DNA from: Polyangiales bacterium
Lineage (GTDB): Bacteria > Myxococcota_A > Polyangia > Polyangiales > Houyiibacteriaceae
Length of the DNA stretch: 64,000 bases
NCBI GenBank assembly: GCA_041576815.1
Contig: JBFGKE010000001.1
Location: 6,948 to 70,947, forward strand
Direction: 5' to 3'
Made by a program: the position numbers and the translations under genes. Under the pieces are notes generated by a model. The model did no database searches. It was given only the letters and a program-made list of their open reading frames with translations, and had not been told where the DNA came from. Numbering within the stretch: position 1 is the stretch's first letter; every line of letters starts with the position of its first letter. Positions 8,581-19,429 of this stretch are shown here, piece by piece.

Positions 8581-8787
8581 ATGATATGGGAATGCAATGA
8601 GTGCGGCGGGCTGAACCGGACAGTTCCGCGCCTTTCCGTGTGTCCACTTTGCGGCGAGCCCGCAAGCCCGAGTCTGGCGCCGTCGAGCTCGACGGCGGCC
8701 GAGCTCACCGACCTGCGCGAGCATTGGATTCAAGTCGGAATGGCGCAGCAGGCGCCGCTGTTCGATTTCGCTTCCGCGGAGCTGTGA
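8581..8787 (+). CDS. small zinc-ribbon protein (68 aa), unknown function
   Basis: Strong SD GAGGAGGA lies upstream of the ATG. The motif is CNECGG-N14-CPLCG (CxxC...CxxC). GC3 is about 70%. It is embedded in a longer spurious ORF (7891-8787). Confidence 0.6.
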   Translation: MIWECNECGGLNRTVPRLSVCPLCGEPASPSLAPSSSTAAELTDLREHWIQVGMAQQAPLFDFASAEL

Positions 8788-8792
8788 AGAAG

Positions 8793-9227
8793 ATGCCAGA
8801 ACAGAAGAGCTCGCATCCGAGGCCGTGGGTGTCGCCGGAGGTGTGTCCCACCGCGGCAAGCGCCGTCGAGCCTCAGTTGGATTTGAGTCGCGCGTTGAAT
8901 GCGGCGGACCGCGCGCTCCACCGTGGATCTACCCGCGAAGTCCTCGAAGCGCTGGTCGTGATCCGGCGGGTGCTTCGTGCTCGCCTGAACGCCGGCGTCA
9001 GGGATGACGCCGCTGACCTCCTGGTCGGCCCGTGGCAGCGGAGGCTGCGCAAGCGCTACGAGGCGTCCCTTTGCGCCCTGGAACGGCTGCTTCCCAAGGC
9101 CATGTCCGAACCGAGAGCCTGGCAGGCGAGGGTGCGTCGCGAGCTCGAGAAGCTGCGTCGCCTCGATGACCTCGAGAGCCAAGCCTATTTCGACAGCCTT
9201 TGGATCGACATCGGCGTCGGCGACTGA
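8793..9227 (+). CDS. hypothetical helical protein (144 aa)
   Basis: The ATG lies 5 nt after the stop of the zinc-ribbon gene. GC3 is about 78%. I recognised no motif. Confidence 0.5.
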   Translation: MPEQKSSHPRPWVSPEVCPTAASAVEPQLDLSRALNAADRALHRGSTREVLEALVVIRRVLRARLNAGVRDDAADLLVGPWQRRLRKRYEASLCALERLLPKAMSEPRAWQARVRRELEKLRRLDDLESQAYFDSLWIDIGVGD

Positions 9228-9251
9228 CCTCAAGCGCCGCCGCGAGCGAGC

Positions 9252-10087
9252 CTAAAACGAAGCGAGCGTCAGGCCTTGCGTAGTGGCGCAATTGCCCGTC
9301 GTGCCGCACTGCGGCGCGCCGTTCTTCCGGACCAGCGCGACGGCGACGCCGGCGCCGACGCCCACGGCCGCAATCGCGCCGATCATGACCCAGAACCCAG
9401 GCCGCTTGACGAATGGTTTGCGATCGTCCTTTGCCACCGGCGCGGGATCGCGCCCCGTGTCCGGTGGGATGATGTCCGGCGCCGGGGTGGCGATCACCGC
9501 AGAGGCCGCGGGCGTTTTGGGCTGTAGCGCGATCGTGTGCGCATGGCGACCGCCCCGCTCCACCTGGACCTCTTTGGTCAGGGTTTTGAAACCGTCGTGC
9601 CGAACGCGCAGCGAGTGAAGGCCTGGGTTCAGCCGGAGGATTCGCTCGAAGCCGGTGCCTTCCTGCAGACGTCCGTCGACGAAAACGGTGGCATCCGCCG
9701 GCGTGATCGCCAAGCGGACCTCGGCGATCGCGCTTTCCAGCAACCCGCGCAGGGCGTTGCCCCGGTCGCGTGCCACGGGATCAGCGGAGACTGCTGGCAT
9801 CGCGTCGTACTCGTCGAGCGCCGCAAGCCCTTCGACGGGCCGACCGATGCGGTAGTACGCGTTCGCGACGTTGTAGGCCGTGCTTGCGCGGGGGACCAAG
9901 TCCGCCGAGCGGCGAAACGCAGACAACGCGTCGGCCCAGCGGCCCGATCTCGCCAACGCCACCCCCTCGTCGAAGAGGACGCGCGCGCGCTCGTGCTCGG
10001 ACCCCTCGTCTTGCGCCGACGCTCGAGGCAGCGCGGACGACCACGCGAGGCATGCCCCGAGGCAGAGCGCCGCGGCCAGGTAGAGCT

Positions 10088-10094
<7 letters not shown>
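9252..10094 (-). CDS. secreted TPR-like + PEGA domain protein with C-terminal TM anchor
   Basis: The start MVKLYLAAALCLGACLAWSSALPRASA is a signal peptide. TPR-like helices (ALARSGRWADALSAFRRS, YNVANAYYRIG) are followed by a PEGA-like strand region (ATVFVDGRL...LNPGLHSLRVRHDGFKTLTKEVQV) and the TM segment FWVMIGAIAAVGVGAGVAVALV. The ATG overlaps the upstream kinase stop (ATGGTGA). Confidence 0.75.
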
Positions 10095-11536
<1,442 letters not shown>

Positions 11537-11716
11537 GGGGCGTTGCGCACCGTCTCCAGGCGCAGGCGAAACCTTGGGAGATCTCGGGGCCGGAGACAAG
11601 ACGAACCCGTTTTTCCCGGCGCTTCACGTGATCTCCGCCGGTTTGCCCGCGAAGGAGGGGCGGCTAGGCTCTTTGCCTTGGCCTTGCATTCCACCACCCG
11701 TCCGCGGCTATGGGCG

Positions 11717-14134
11717 ATGGCGCTCTTGCTCTCGTCCATCGGCTGTGCAGAAGAGCCGCATACGCAGGTCGTCGTCCTCATGGACACCGACTACGTCGTG
11801 CCCGAAGAAGTCGACCGCATTCGAGCGCGGGTGTCGAAAGTTCTCTCGAGCGAGGCCGGCGTGGAGGAAATCGAGACGTGGGAGCATGTCTTCGTCGTCT
11901 CGAAGCCCGCGTCGAACGAGCCCGGGGTGCATGGTTTGCCCGCCACGTTCGGGGTGCTCGCCGAGGGTGCAGGCACGGACACCCAGATCCTCATCGAGCT
12001 CGAAGCGATTGCGCTTGGGAGCGGCCGGGTCCTGGTGTCTCACCGCATCCGGACCGGTTTCGTTCGTGGCGAGGCCCGGTTGGCGCGCATGCCGTTGTTT
12101 CGCGCCTGTGAGGGCATGACGTGCTCCGTGGGACAGTCGTGCGGATGCCCGGGCGCCTCGGCGTGCGCGGAGCCCGCCTGCGTGAGCGAGATCGTGCTCC
12201 CCGAGAGCTTGGAACGGATCGAGAACCCCGGGTTGCTGCCTGCCGATGCGGGGATCCCTCCCCGGACCGACGGAGGTATGCCGGATGGAAGCGTGGACGG
12301 GGGTGAGCCGGATGCCGGCACGCCCGACGGCGGCGTCATCAATTGCGAGCCGCCCCTTCTGCTTTGCGGCATGGACTGTGTGAATCCCCAGGCCGATCCG
12401 CGCTACTGCGGGGACTGCGAGACGTCGTGCCCCATCGGGAGCGTTTGCGAGACGGGAAGCTGTTTCGATCCCGGCGACTGCCGAAGCAACGGCGTCGGCT
12501 GCTCCGGCTTCACGTTTTGTGAGGAGGCTACCGGCCAGTGTCTGCCCGGATGCAGGGACGCGCAGCAATGCACGGGCGCGCACGAAGAGTGCGACATCGA
12601 TACGCACGAATGCGTGTGCGCGATTGGGTTCCAGCGCTGTGAGGGGGCCTGCGTCGACACCCAAAACGACCCGAGCTTCTGCGGCGACTGCACGAGGTCC
12701 TGTTCGCCGCCCGACGTTTGCGAAAGCGGTACCTGCGTGGACCCCGGAGACTGTCGAACGAACGACTCCGGTTGCAGCGGGTTCACGTATTGCGATGAGA
12801 GCACGGGTGAGTGCCTGCGTGGTTGCGAAAGCGATGGGCAGTGCGTTGGCGACAACGAGATCTGCAACACGACCCTGCACGAGTGTGTCTGCGCACCGGC
12901 GTTCCATCGTTGTGGTGCGGTTTGCGTGTCCAATCTCGACGTCGATTCGTGCGGCGCTTCGTGCGCCCCGTGCCCAGCGCCACCGAATTCGGTCGCCACC
13001 TGTGCCTCGGGGTCATGCGGGTTTACGTGCGACGATACCTACGAGCCGTGCGGCCCCATGTGCTGCCCCACGACCTGCCCGCCCGGGCAGGTGCTCTACG
13101 AGCAGGCGTGCGCGCGGATTCACATCCAGGTGGTCGACGAGTTTGGCAATGTCGGTGAGCACTCCGCGTTGGCCCTCGACGATGCGGGACGTGCACACAT
13201 CGCGTACTACATTCAAAACGGAAGGGATCTCGGGCACGCCGCCCAGCAGTCGAACGACAGCTGGCTTTCCGAAAAGCCCGACAGCACGGGCGACGTCGGG
13301 CAGCACGCGTCGATCGCGTTCAGTCCCAGCGGCGTGCTTCACATCGCGTACTACGACGCTACCACCGAGGCCCTGATGCTCGCTAGCGGAGGGATGGGCA
13401 GTTTCTGGTCCGTGGAAATCGTCGACGACGTGGGTGACGTAGGCCGGCACGCCTCCCTTGCATTCGATGGCGACGGCAACCCACACATCAGCTACTACGA
13501 GGCAGGCGACAAAGACCTCCTTCATGCAACCAAGCAAGGAGCCGGGGGCTGGGCTGTCCAAGTCGCAGACGCCGACGGCGACGTCGGCGAGTACAGCTCG
13601 CTCGCGTTCGATCCTTCCGGTGCCGCGCACATCAGTTACTACGACGCTGGGAATGCGGACTTGAAGCATGCTGTTCAAGAGCCGGACGGCACGTGGCGGT
13701 CGCAGACGATCGCGAGCGTCGGTAAAGTCGGCGAGTTCACGTCCTTGGGCTTCACGCCTTCTGGGCTCGGGCGGATCGTCTTCTATGATGAAACCAACGG
13801 TGACCTGCGCTTCGCCAGCGAAGCCATCCTCGGGCCATGGACCGCCGAGACCGTCGACAGCGAAGGCGACGTGGGCAAGTTCGCTTCTCTTGCGATCGAC
13901 GCGACGGGGCGGGCGCGCGTGGGCTACTACGACGAGACCAGCGGAGACCTGAAATACGCGGTTCGGTCGTCCGGGGGTTGGGTCGTCGAAACCGTCGACG
14001 ACACCGGCGACGTCGGCCAGTTCGCCTCGATCGCCGTCGATCAAGCCGGTCACACGCACATCAGCTATTACGACCTCACCAACACCAATTTGAAGTACGC
14101 GCTGATCGCCGGGCCCGGGCCCTCCGTCCCCTAG
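11717..14134 (+). CDS. large secreted (lipo)protein: N-terminal domain + tandem Cys-rich modules + seven ~48-aa GDVG...HISYYD repeats (probable 7-bladed beta-propeller)
   Basis: MALLLSSIGC is a lipobox-like start (the exact start is uncertain; an upstream TTG at 11678 is possible). Two 91-aa Cys-rich units and a partial third are followed by 7 regularly spaced repeats. GC3 is high throughout. Confidence 0.8.
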   Translation: MALLLSSIGCAEEPHTQVVVLMDTDYVVPEEVDRIRARVSKVLSSEAGVEEIETWEHVFVVSKPASNEPGVHGLPATFGVLAEGAGTDTQILIELEAIALGSGRVLVSHRIRTGFVRGEARLARMPLFRACEGMTCSVGQSCGCPGASACAEPACVSEIVLPESLERIENPGLLPADAGIPPRTDGGMPDGSVDGGEPDAGTPDGGVINCEPPLLLCGMDCVNPQADPRYCGDCETSCPIGSVCETGSCFDPGDCRSNGVGCSGFTFCEEATGQCLPGCRDAQQCTGAHEECDIDTHECVCAIGFQRCEGACVDTQNDPSFCGDCTRSCSPPDVCESGTCVDPGDCRTNDSGCSGFTYCDESTGECLRGCESDGQCVGDNEICNTTLHECVCAPAFHRCGAVCVSNLDVDSCGASCAPCPAPPNSVATCASGSCGFTCDDTYEPCGPMCCPTTCPPGQVLYEQACARIHIQVVDEFGNVGEHSALALDDAGRAHIAYYIQNGRDLGHAAQQSNDSWLSEKPDSTGDVGQHASIAFSPSGVLHIAYYDATTEALMLASGGMGSFWSVEIVDDVGDVGRHASLAFDGDGNPHISYYEAGDKDLLHATKQGAGGWAVQVADADGDVGEYSSLAFDPSGAAHISYYDAGNADLKHAVQEPDGTWRSQTIASVGKVGEFTSLGFTPSGLGRIVFYDETNGDLRFASEAILGPWTAETVDSEGDVGKFASLAIDATGRARVGYYDETSGDLKYAVRSSGGWVVETVDDTGDVGQFASIAVDQAGHTHISYYDLTNTNLKYALIAGPGPSVP

Positions 14135-14194
14135 TGCGACCGACGAACCCCCTCTTGACTGGAGGGTCCAGGACTGTGTAACAGTGATTCGTCC

Positions 14195-16147
14195 GTGGGT
14201 CTGACCGTCGCGGAAAAGCTGATCGAAGCTCATCTCGTCGAAGGCGAGATGAGAGCGGGCGCCGAGATCGGCATCCGCATCGATCAAACGCTCACGCAGG
14301 ACGCCACGGGAACGCTCGTGATGCTCGAGCTGGAGGCGCTCGACCTCGATCGCGTCAAGACGGAAGTGTCCGTTCAATACGTCGACCACAACCTGATCCA
14401 AAGCGATTTTCGGAATCCCGACGATCACCTGTTCCTGCAGAGTGCGTGCCGGCGGTTCGGCTTATGGTTCAGCCGGCCGGGAAACGGCGTGAGCCACCCC
14501 GTCCACATGCAGTGCTTTGGTAAGCCGCTCAAGACGCTGCTCGGCTCCGACAGTCACACCTGCGCGGCCGGTGCGCTCGGCATGCTCGCGATCGGTGCGG
14601 GCGGGCTCGAGGTGGCGTTCGCGATGGCAGGGGAGCCGTTCTATCTACAAATGCCGGAGATCTGGGGGATTCGCCTGGTGGGCCGTCTTCCCGACTGGGT
14701 CAGCGCGAAGGACGTCATTCTCGAGGTGCTCCGGCGGCACGGGGTCTCGGGCGGTGTCGGGCGCATCATCGAGTATCACGGCCCCGGTCTCGACGGGCTC
14801 AACGCCTGGGACCGCCACGTCATCGCCAACATGGGCGCGGAGCTCGGTGCCACCACGACCGTGTTTCCCTCCGACGCGCAGACAAAGACGTTTTTGACTT
14901 CGAACGACCGCGCTGGCGACTATCAGGCCTTGTCGGCCGATCCCGACGCACGCTACGCGCACGAGGACGAAATCGATCTCGGACAGCTCGAGCCGCTCAT
15001 CGCAAAGCCGTCGAGCCCGGGCAACGTGGTACCCGTCCGCGAGGTCGAGGGGCTGGACGTGTACCAGAGCTACATCGGCTCATCGGCCAACCCGGGGTTT
15101 CAAGATTTCGGCGTCGCTGCGATTGCCGTCGCTGGGCGCAAAGTCGATCCCGGGATTTCGTTCGACATCAATCCGGCCACGCGCGGCATCCTGAGCGACC
15201 TGATGAAGACGGGTCTTTTGGAGAACCTCATCGAGGCCGGGGCGCGGCTCCACCAGGCCGGCTGCAACGGGTGTATCGGGATGGGGCAGGCGCCCGCCTC
15301 GGGTCGAAACAGCCTGCGCACGGTGCCGCGCAACTTCCCCGGCCGCTCCGGCACCAAAGAAGACAGCGTGTGGCTATGCAGCCCGGAGACCGCCACCGCT
15401 GCGGCGCTCGAAGGAAAGATCACCGACCCGCGGCGCTTGGGTCTCGTCTACGTGCGACCCCCGCTACCCGACGCGCCGACGCCGATGCGGTCGCACGTCT
15501 CCGAGCCACCCCCGCCCGACGAATCCCGAAGAGCCGAGCTGATCAAAGGCCCCAACATCGGCACGCTTCCCAAGATGGAGCCCCTGCCGGACTCGTTCGA
15601 GGCCCCGGTGCTTCTCAAAGTCGGGGACGACGTGTCGACCGACGAAATCCTTCCCGCGGGAACCCGCGTGCTCCCGTTCCGAAGCAACATCGACAAGATC
15701 TCCGACTTCTGCTTCGAGATCGTCGACCCGACGTATGCCACCCGCGCCCGCGAGCGCCGGGAACAGGGGGCCCACGTCGTGGTGGGCGGCACCAACTACG
15801 GCCAAGGCTCGAGCCGCGAGCATGCCGCGCTTGCCCCGCGCCATCTCGGTTTGGCGGTCGTGGTGGTCAAGAGCTATGCGCGCATTCACTGGCAAAACCT
15901 GGTGAACTTCGGCGTGCTCCCGCTCGAATTCGTCGAGGAGGCCGACTACGGGCGTCTCGAGCAAGGTTCGCTCCTGCGTTTCTCGAATCTGCGGCAACAG
16001 GTCCGCAACGATGATCAAGTCGAGGCACAGGTGGACGGCAACCCGATTCACTTTCGGCACAGGCTTTCTCTCCGCCAACGCGACGTGATGCTCGGGGGCG
16101 GCCTCATTCCGTGGCTTCGTGCGCGGCTCCAAGACGAGAAGGGGTGA
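14195..16147 (+). CDS. aconitate hydratase (single-chain ~650-aa aconitase-family enzyme)
   Basis: Aconitase motifs: QDATG, GSDSHT, Fe-S ligand region CNGCIGMG, GSSANPG. The C-terminal swivel domain has GTNYGQGSSREHAA. Confidence 0.88.
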   Translation: MGLTVAEKLIEAHLVEGEMRAGAEIGIRIDQTLTQDATGTLVMLELEALDLDRVKTEVSVQYVDHNLIQSDFRNPDDHLFLQSACRRFGLWFSRPGNGVSHPVHMQCFGKPLKTLLGSDSHTCAAGALGMLAIGAGGLEVAFAMAGEPFYLQMPEIWGIRLVGRLPDWVSAKDVILEVLRRHGVSGGVGRIIEYHGPGLDGLNAWDRHVIANMGAELGATTTVFPSDAQTKTFLTSNDRAGDYQALSADPDARYAHEDEIDLGQLEPLIAKPSSPGNVVPVREVEGLDVYQSYIGSSANPGFQDFGVAAIAVAGRKVDPGISFDINPATRGILSDLMKTGLLENLIEAGARLHQAGCNGCIGMGQAPASGRNSLRTVPRNFPGRSGTKEDSVWLCSPETATAAALEGKITDPRRLGLVYVRPPLPDAPTPMRSHVSEPPPPDESRRAELIKGPNIGTLPKMEPLPDSFEAPVLLKVGDDVSTDEILPAGTRVLPFRSNIDKISDFCFEIVDPTYATRARERREQGAHVVVGGTNYGQGSSREHAALAPRHLGLAVVVVKSYARIHWQNLVNFGVLPLEFVEEADYGRLEQGSLLRFSNLRQQVRNDDQVEAQVDGNPIHFRHRLSLRQRDVMLGGGLIPWLRARLQDEKG

Positions 16148-16203
16148 GGGATCGATGAGCAAGGCCGACTATTCGGTTCTCGACAATGGGGTCCGCGTGG
16201 ACT

Positions 16204-16485
16204 TCAGTCGCCGAGTCTATCCATCGCCGCGGCGAGCTTCATGTCGCGTTCGGTGAGGCCGCCGGCGTCGTGGGTGCTGAGCTCGACCTCGACGGTGGCC
16301 CAGACGTTTCGCCATTCGGGGTGGTGATTCATGCGTTCCGCAACGAGCGCGACGCTGCTCATCCAACCAAACGCCTCGACGAAATCTTTGAAGCGGAACG
16401 TGCGCCGGATCCGGTCCTCGCCGAGCTCCCAGTCGGGAAGCGCCTTCATGTGCTCAGCGATCTGCGAGTCTGTGAGCTTTGCCAT
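16204..16485 (-). CDS. phhB: 4a-hydroxytetrahydrobiopterin (pterin-4-alpha-carbinolamine) dehydratase
   Basis: 93 aa with the family signature [32 protein letters not shown]. Confidence 0.88.
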   Translation of the reverse strand: MAKLTDSQIAEHMKALPDWELGEDRIRRTFRFKDFVEAFGWMSSVALVAERMNHHPEWRNVWATVEVELSTHDAGGLTERDMKLAAAMDRLGD

Positions 16486-16544
16486 AGTGTTCCGTCTCTA
16501 GTGCCCACCGACGCGTGGAGCAATGCTCGGTTCTCCGCTGGCCC

Positions 16545-17222
16545 TCATGCCGCCGCCCCGCCCGACAGCGTCACGGATTGGTGTACGAAGTCCGGGGTCT
16601 GCGCTGCCTGCGCAAGAACGCGTGCGACGCTTTTACGGGAGATCTTCCAGTCGCGGACCTGACCCTCGGTCGAGACGAAGGGCATCTCGTCGGAATCATC
16701 GTCGGTGAGATGCACCGGCTGGGCCAGCACCCACTCGACGCCGCTATCGCGCACTTCGCGCTCCTGCACCTCGGTGTCGGCGATCTGCGGCTTCAGCAGC
16801 AGACTGAAGAACAACCGGTCTACGAGACGCAGCTTGCCGCGGGTTTCCCCGACGCCATAGGACGACTGCACCACGAGCCGGCGCACGCCGTGCCTGCGCA
16901 TCGCCGCGATGACGTTGCGGGTCCCGGCAGAACGGACGTCGATCGGTGTGCCTCGGGTCCCGAACAGCCGGACGCGAAATGGGTTTTCCGTGATGCCGAG
17001 CGTGACGATCACGGCGTCGTGTCCGGGCATCGCGCGGTCGACGTCCGCCGGGTTGGTGGCGTCCCCGTTGACCGTGGTCACGAGGTCCGAGATGCCTTCG
17101 AGCGCGTCCGCGTGGCGCGAAAAGGCCGTCACCCGGTGCCCCGCGTTGACCAGCTCGGCGATCGTGGCTCGGCCGGTGCCGCCGGTCGCTCCGATGACGA
17201 GGATATTCTTTGCTTTTTCCAT
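16545..17222 (-). CDS. NAD(P)-binding oxidoreductase (NmrA/BVR-B-like atypical SDR)
   Basis: N-terminal Rossmann motif ILVIGATGGTGR. 225 aa. Confidence 0.75.
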   Translation of the reverse strand: MEKAKNILVIGATGGTGRATIAELVNAGHRVTAFSRHADALEGISDLVTTVNGDATNPADVDRAMPGHDAVIVTLGITENPFRVRLFGTRGTPIDVRSAGTRNVIAAMRRHGVRRLVVQSSYGVGETRGKLRLVDRLFFSLLLKPQIADTEVQEREVRDSGVEWVLAQPVHLTDDDSDEMPFVSTEGQVRDWKISRKSVARVLAQAAQTPDFVHQSVTLSGGAAA

Positions 17223-17289
17223 CGAGTGCCTCCTTGTGCTTCACCAGCATGGGGCTCTGACAGACATGAATCCAATGACTTGGATCCAT

Positions 17290-17310
17290 ATGAGCATGAG
17301 TATTGCTCAT
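17290..17310. promoter_or_regulatory. inverted repeat ATGAGCA-N7-TGCTCAT in an AT-richer spacer
   Basis: A 7-bp perfect stem lies between the hom stop (17359) and the start of the NAD(P)-binding gene (17222). It could be a hom terminator hairpin (no T-tract) or an operator. Confidence 0.2.
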
Positions 17311-17358
17311 GCGTGGCTGCGTCGCGCGAGTGGTGGGCGACTCGGAGCGCGGCCGAGC

Positions 17359-18690
17359 CTATTCCACGATGCGAATCAAGTGGGTGGGCGAGGTCGTCAG
17401 GTGGGTGTCGTCGATGGCGCTGAGTGACGCGCGTACGTCGCCTTCGCGCGCGTGGTGCGTCAGCATCGCGATTGTCGCGGTGCCATCGTCGCCGTCGACG
17501 TCTTGGACCATTTGCTCGATCGAGATGCCGGAGTCGCCGAGCTTGCCGGAAAGCGAGGCGAGCACCCCGGACTCGTCGCGCACCGAGAAACGAAGGTAGT
17601 AGCGGGACGAGACGTCGTCGATGGGCTGAATCGGTTGGCGGCCCTCGGAGGGAAGGTGCCAAGTGCGAACGGGGGCCCCGGCGAGGGCGTTCTTCGCGAT
17701 GTCGACGATGTCTCCGGCGACGCTGGTTGCGGTTGGGTGAGCGCCCGCGCCCAGGCCGGAAAGGAAGCTCGGCCCGACCATGTCGCCTTTGATCGCCACC
17801 GCGTTGAGCGCGCCGTCCACGTGCGCAAGCGGATCGCTCAGGGGTACGAGGGCAGGGTGGACTCGCAGATCGAGCGCACCCGAGTCGAGCCGTTCGGCGA
17901 CGGCGAGCGGCCGGATCGCATAGCCGAACTTCTTTGCGTACTGAATGTCGCGCGGGTCGACATCCTCGATGCCCTCGGTCGGGATTTCACCAGGCAGCAC
18001 CCGTGCCCCAAACGCGAGGCCGGCGATGATCGCGAGCTTGTGCCCTGCATCGCCGCCCGTGATGTCGAGGGTCGGGTCCGCCTCGGCAAATCCCGCCTCC
18101 TGGGCGGCCCTCAACGCGTCGGCGAAGGCGGCACCTTCGTTGGCCATGCTCGACAGGATGTAGTTGCTCGTGCCATTGATGATGCCTCGCACCGATCGAA
18201 TGTGGTCTGACGCAAAAGACTCCCGAATCACGCGGATCACGGGGATGGCGCCGGCAACGGCCGCTTCGAAGTAGAGATCGCAACCGCGCTCCTCGGCGAG
18301 CGCAAACAACGCGTCGCCGCGTTCGGCGAGAAGCGCTTTGTTGGCCGTGACCACGTGCTTTTTCGCGTCGAGCGCCGCTCGGACCAAGCGGTCCGCGAGG
18401 TCGACGCCGCCGATGAGCTCGACGACGATGTCGACGTCGTCGCGCTTGGGCACCTCGAACGCATCGTCGAGGAGCGCGACGCTCGGATCCTGCGCCCGAA
18501 CGATATCGAGCCGCGCCGGGTCTTTGTCCGCGACCGCTATGAGCCGAATCGGCGCCCCAGCGCGGGCGCTGATCACGTCCGCATGCTGCAACAAGGCCGT
18601 CACGACGCCCTCGCCGATCACGCCGCAGCCGCAAAGCCCAACTCGAATTTCGCGATCCAATCTGCCTCCGAGAGGCGCAAACGGTAGCAC
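17359..18690 (-). CDS. hom: homoserine dehydrogenase with C-terminal ACT domain
   Basis: VGLCGCGVIGEG NAD-binding motif, INGTSNYILS, LGAGAHPTA and an ACT-like tail. The N-terminal start is not certain. Confidence 0.9.
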   Translation of the reverse strand: MLPFAPLGGRLDREIRVGLCGCGVIGEGVVTALLQHADVISARAGAPIRLIAVADKDPARLDIVRAQDPSVALLDDAFEVPKRDDVDIVVELIGGVDLADRLVRAALDAKKHVVTANKALLAERGDALFALAEERGCDLYFEAAVAGAIPVIRVIRESFASDHIRSVRGIINGTSNYILSSMANEGAAFADALRAAQEAGFAEADPTLDITGGDAGHKLAIIAGLAFGARVLPGEIPTEGIEDVDPRDIQYAKKFGYAIRPLAVAERLDSGALDLRVHPALVPLSDPLAHVDGALNAVAIKGDMVGPSFLSGLGAGAHPTATSVAGDIVDIAKNALAGAPVRTWHLPSEGRQPIQPIDDVSSRYYLRFSVRDESGVLASLSGKLGDSGISIEQMVQDVDGDDGTATIAMLTHHAREGDVRASLSAIDDTHLTTSPTHLIRIVE

Positions 18691-18809
18691 GAGCTTGGAT
18701 TTGCGAAAGGGCCGCTCGGGCTTGACGTTGCCGTAAAGCTTTCCGAAGCTCGCCGATCGCGCTAGACCTCTGCCGCCAGTCGGGTGCCCGGCGGCCGGAG
18801 ACGTACACG

Positions 18810-19424
18810 ATGGGTTTTCGCGATTGGATCAAGCCTCGGCTTCAGGACTTCGCGATGCGGTTCATGGACCCGCTTCGGCCGGACACGGTGAGCGCAGCCT
18901 CCGGCGACGTGCTCGAAATCGGGTTCGGCACCGGGCGCAACCTCGAGCACTACGCAAGCGAAGAAGTGCGATCGCTGCACGGCCTCGACCCGCTCGCGAC
19001 ACTTGGTGTGCCCCGCGTCGAGGAACGGATCGCCAAGGCGACCTTCCCGGTCCAACGTGTCGCGCTTTCCGCCGATAGCCGACTTCCTTTCGACGCGGGG
19101 CGCTTCGACTGCGTGGTGACGACCTGGACGCTCTGCTCGATTCCCGACGTCGATGCGGCGCTCGCCGAGATGCGCCGGGTGCTCAGGCCAGGCGGCCGCT
19201 ACCTCTTCATCGAGCACGGGCGCGCCCGCGGGACGAGCGTCCAGCGATGGCAGGACCGGCTCGATCCAGTCTGGACCCGCCTCACCGACGGGTGCCACAT
19301 CAATCGGCCCATCGATCGACTCGTCGAGCGCAGCGGGTTCGAGCTGGCATCTATCGAGGAGTTCCAGGGCAAGGGGCCTGCGCTCGTGTCGAGCTTCTAT
19401 CGCGGCGTCGCCGTCCGAAGCTGA
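18810..19424 (+). CDS. class I SAM-dependent methyltransferase
   Basis: Motif I VLEIGFGTGRN and post-I/II DCVVTTWTLCSIPD...LRPGGRYLFIEH. Confidence 0.85.
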   Translation: MGFRDWIKPRLQDFAMRFMDPLRPDTVSAASGDVLEIGFGTGRNLEHYASEEVRSLHGLDPLATLGVPRVEERIAKATFPVQRVALSADSRLPFDAGRFDCVVTTWTLCSIPDVDAALAEMRRVLRPGGRYLFIEHGRARGTSVQRWQDRLDPVWTRLTDGCHINRPIDRLVERSGFELASIEEFQGKGPALVSSFYRGVAVRS

Positions 19425-19429
19425 TCGTC

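Noticed and set aside
11651-11658. Strong SD-like GAAGGAGG upstream of the large lipoprotein gene
   Set aside because: No ATG, GTG or TTG lies in frame at a usable distance; the nearest is the TTG at 11678, 19-20 nt away. It is probably fortuitous, or part of the divergent kinase/lipoprotein control region.
13013-14428. 471-aa minus-strand ORF antisense to the beta-propeller repeats
   Set aside because: The plus-strand frame shows seven phased repeats and high GC3. The antisense product has no motifs.
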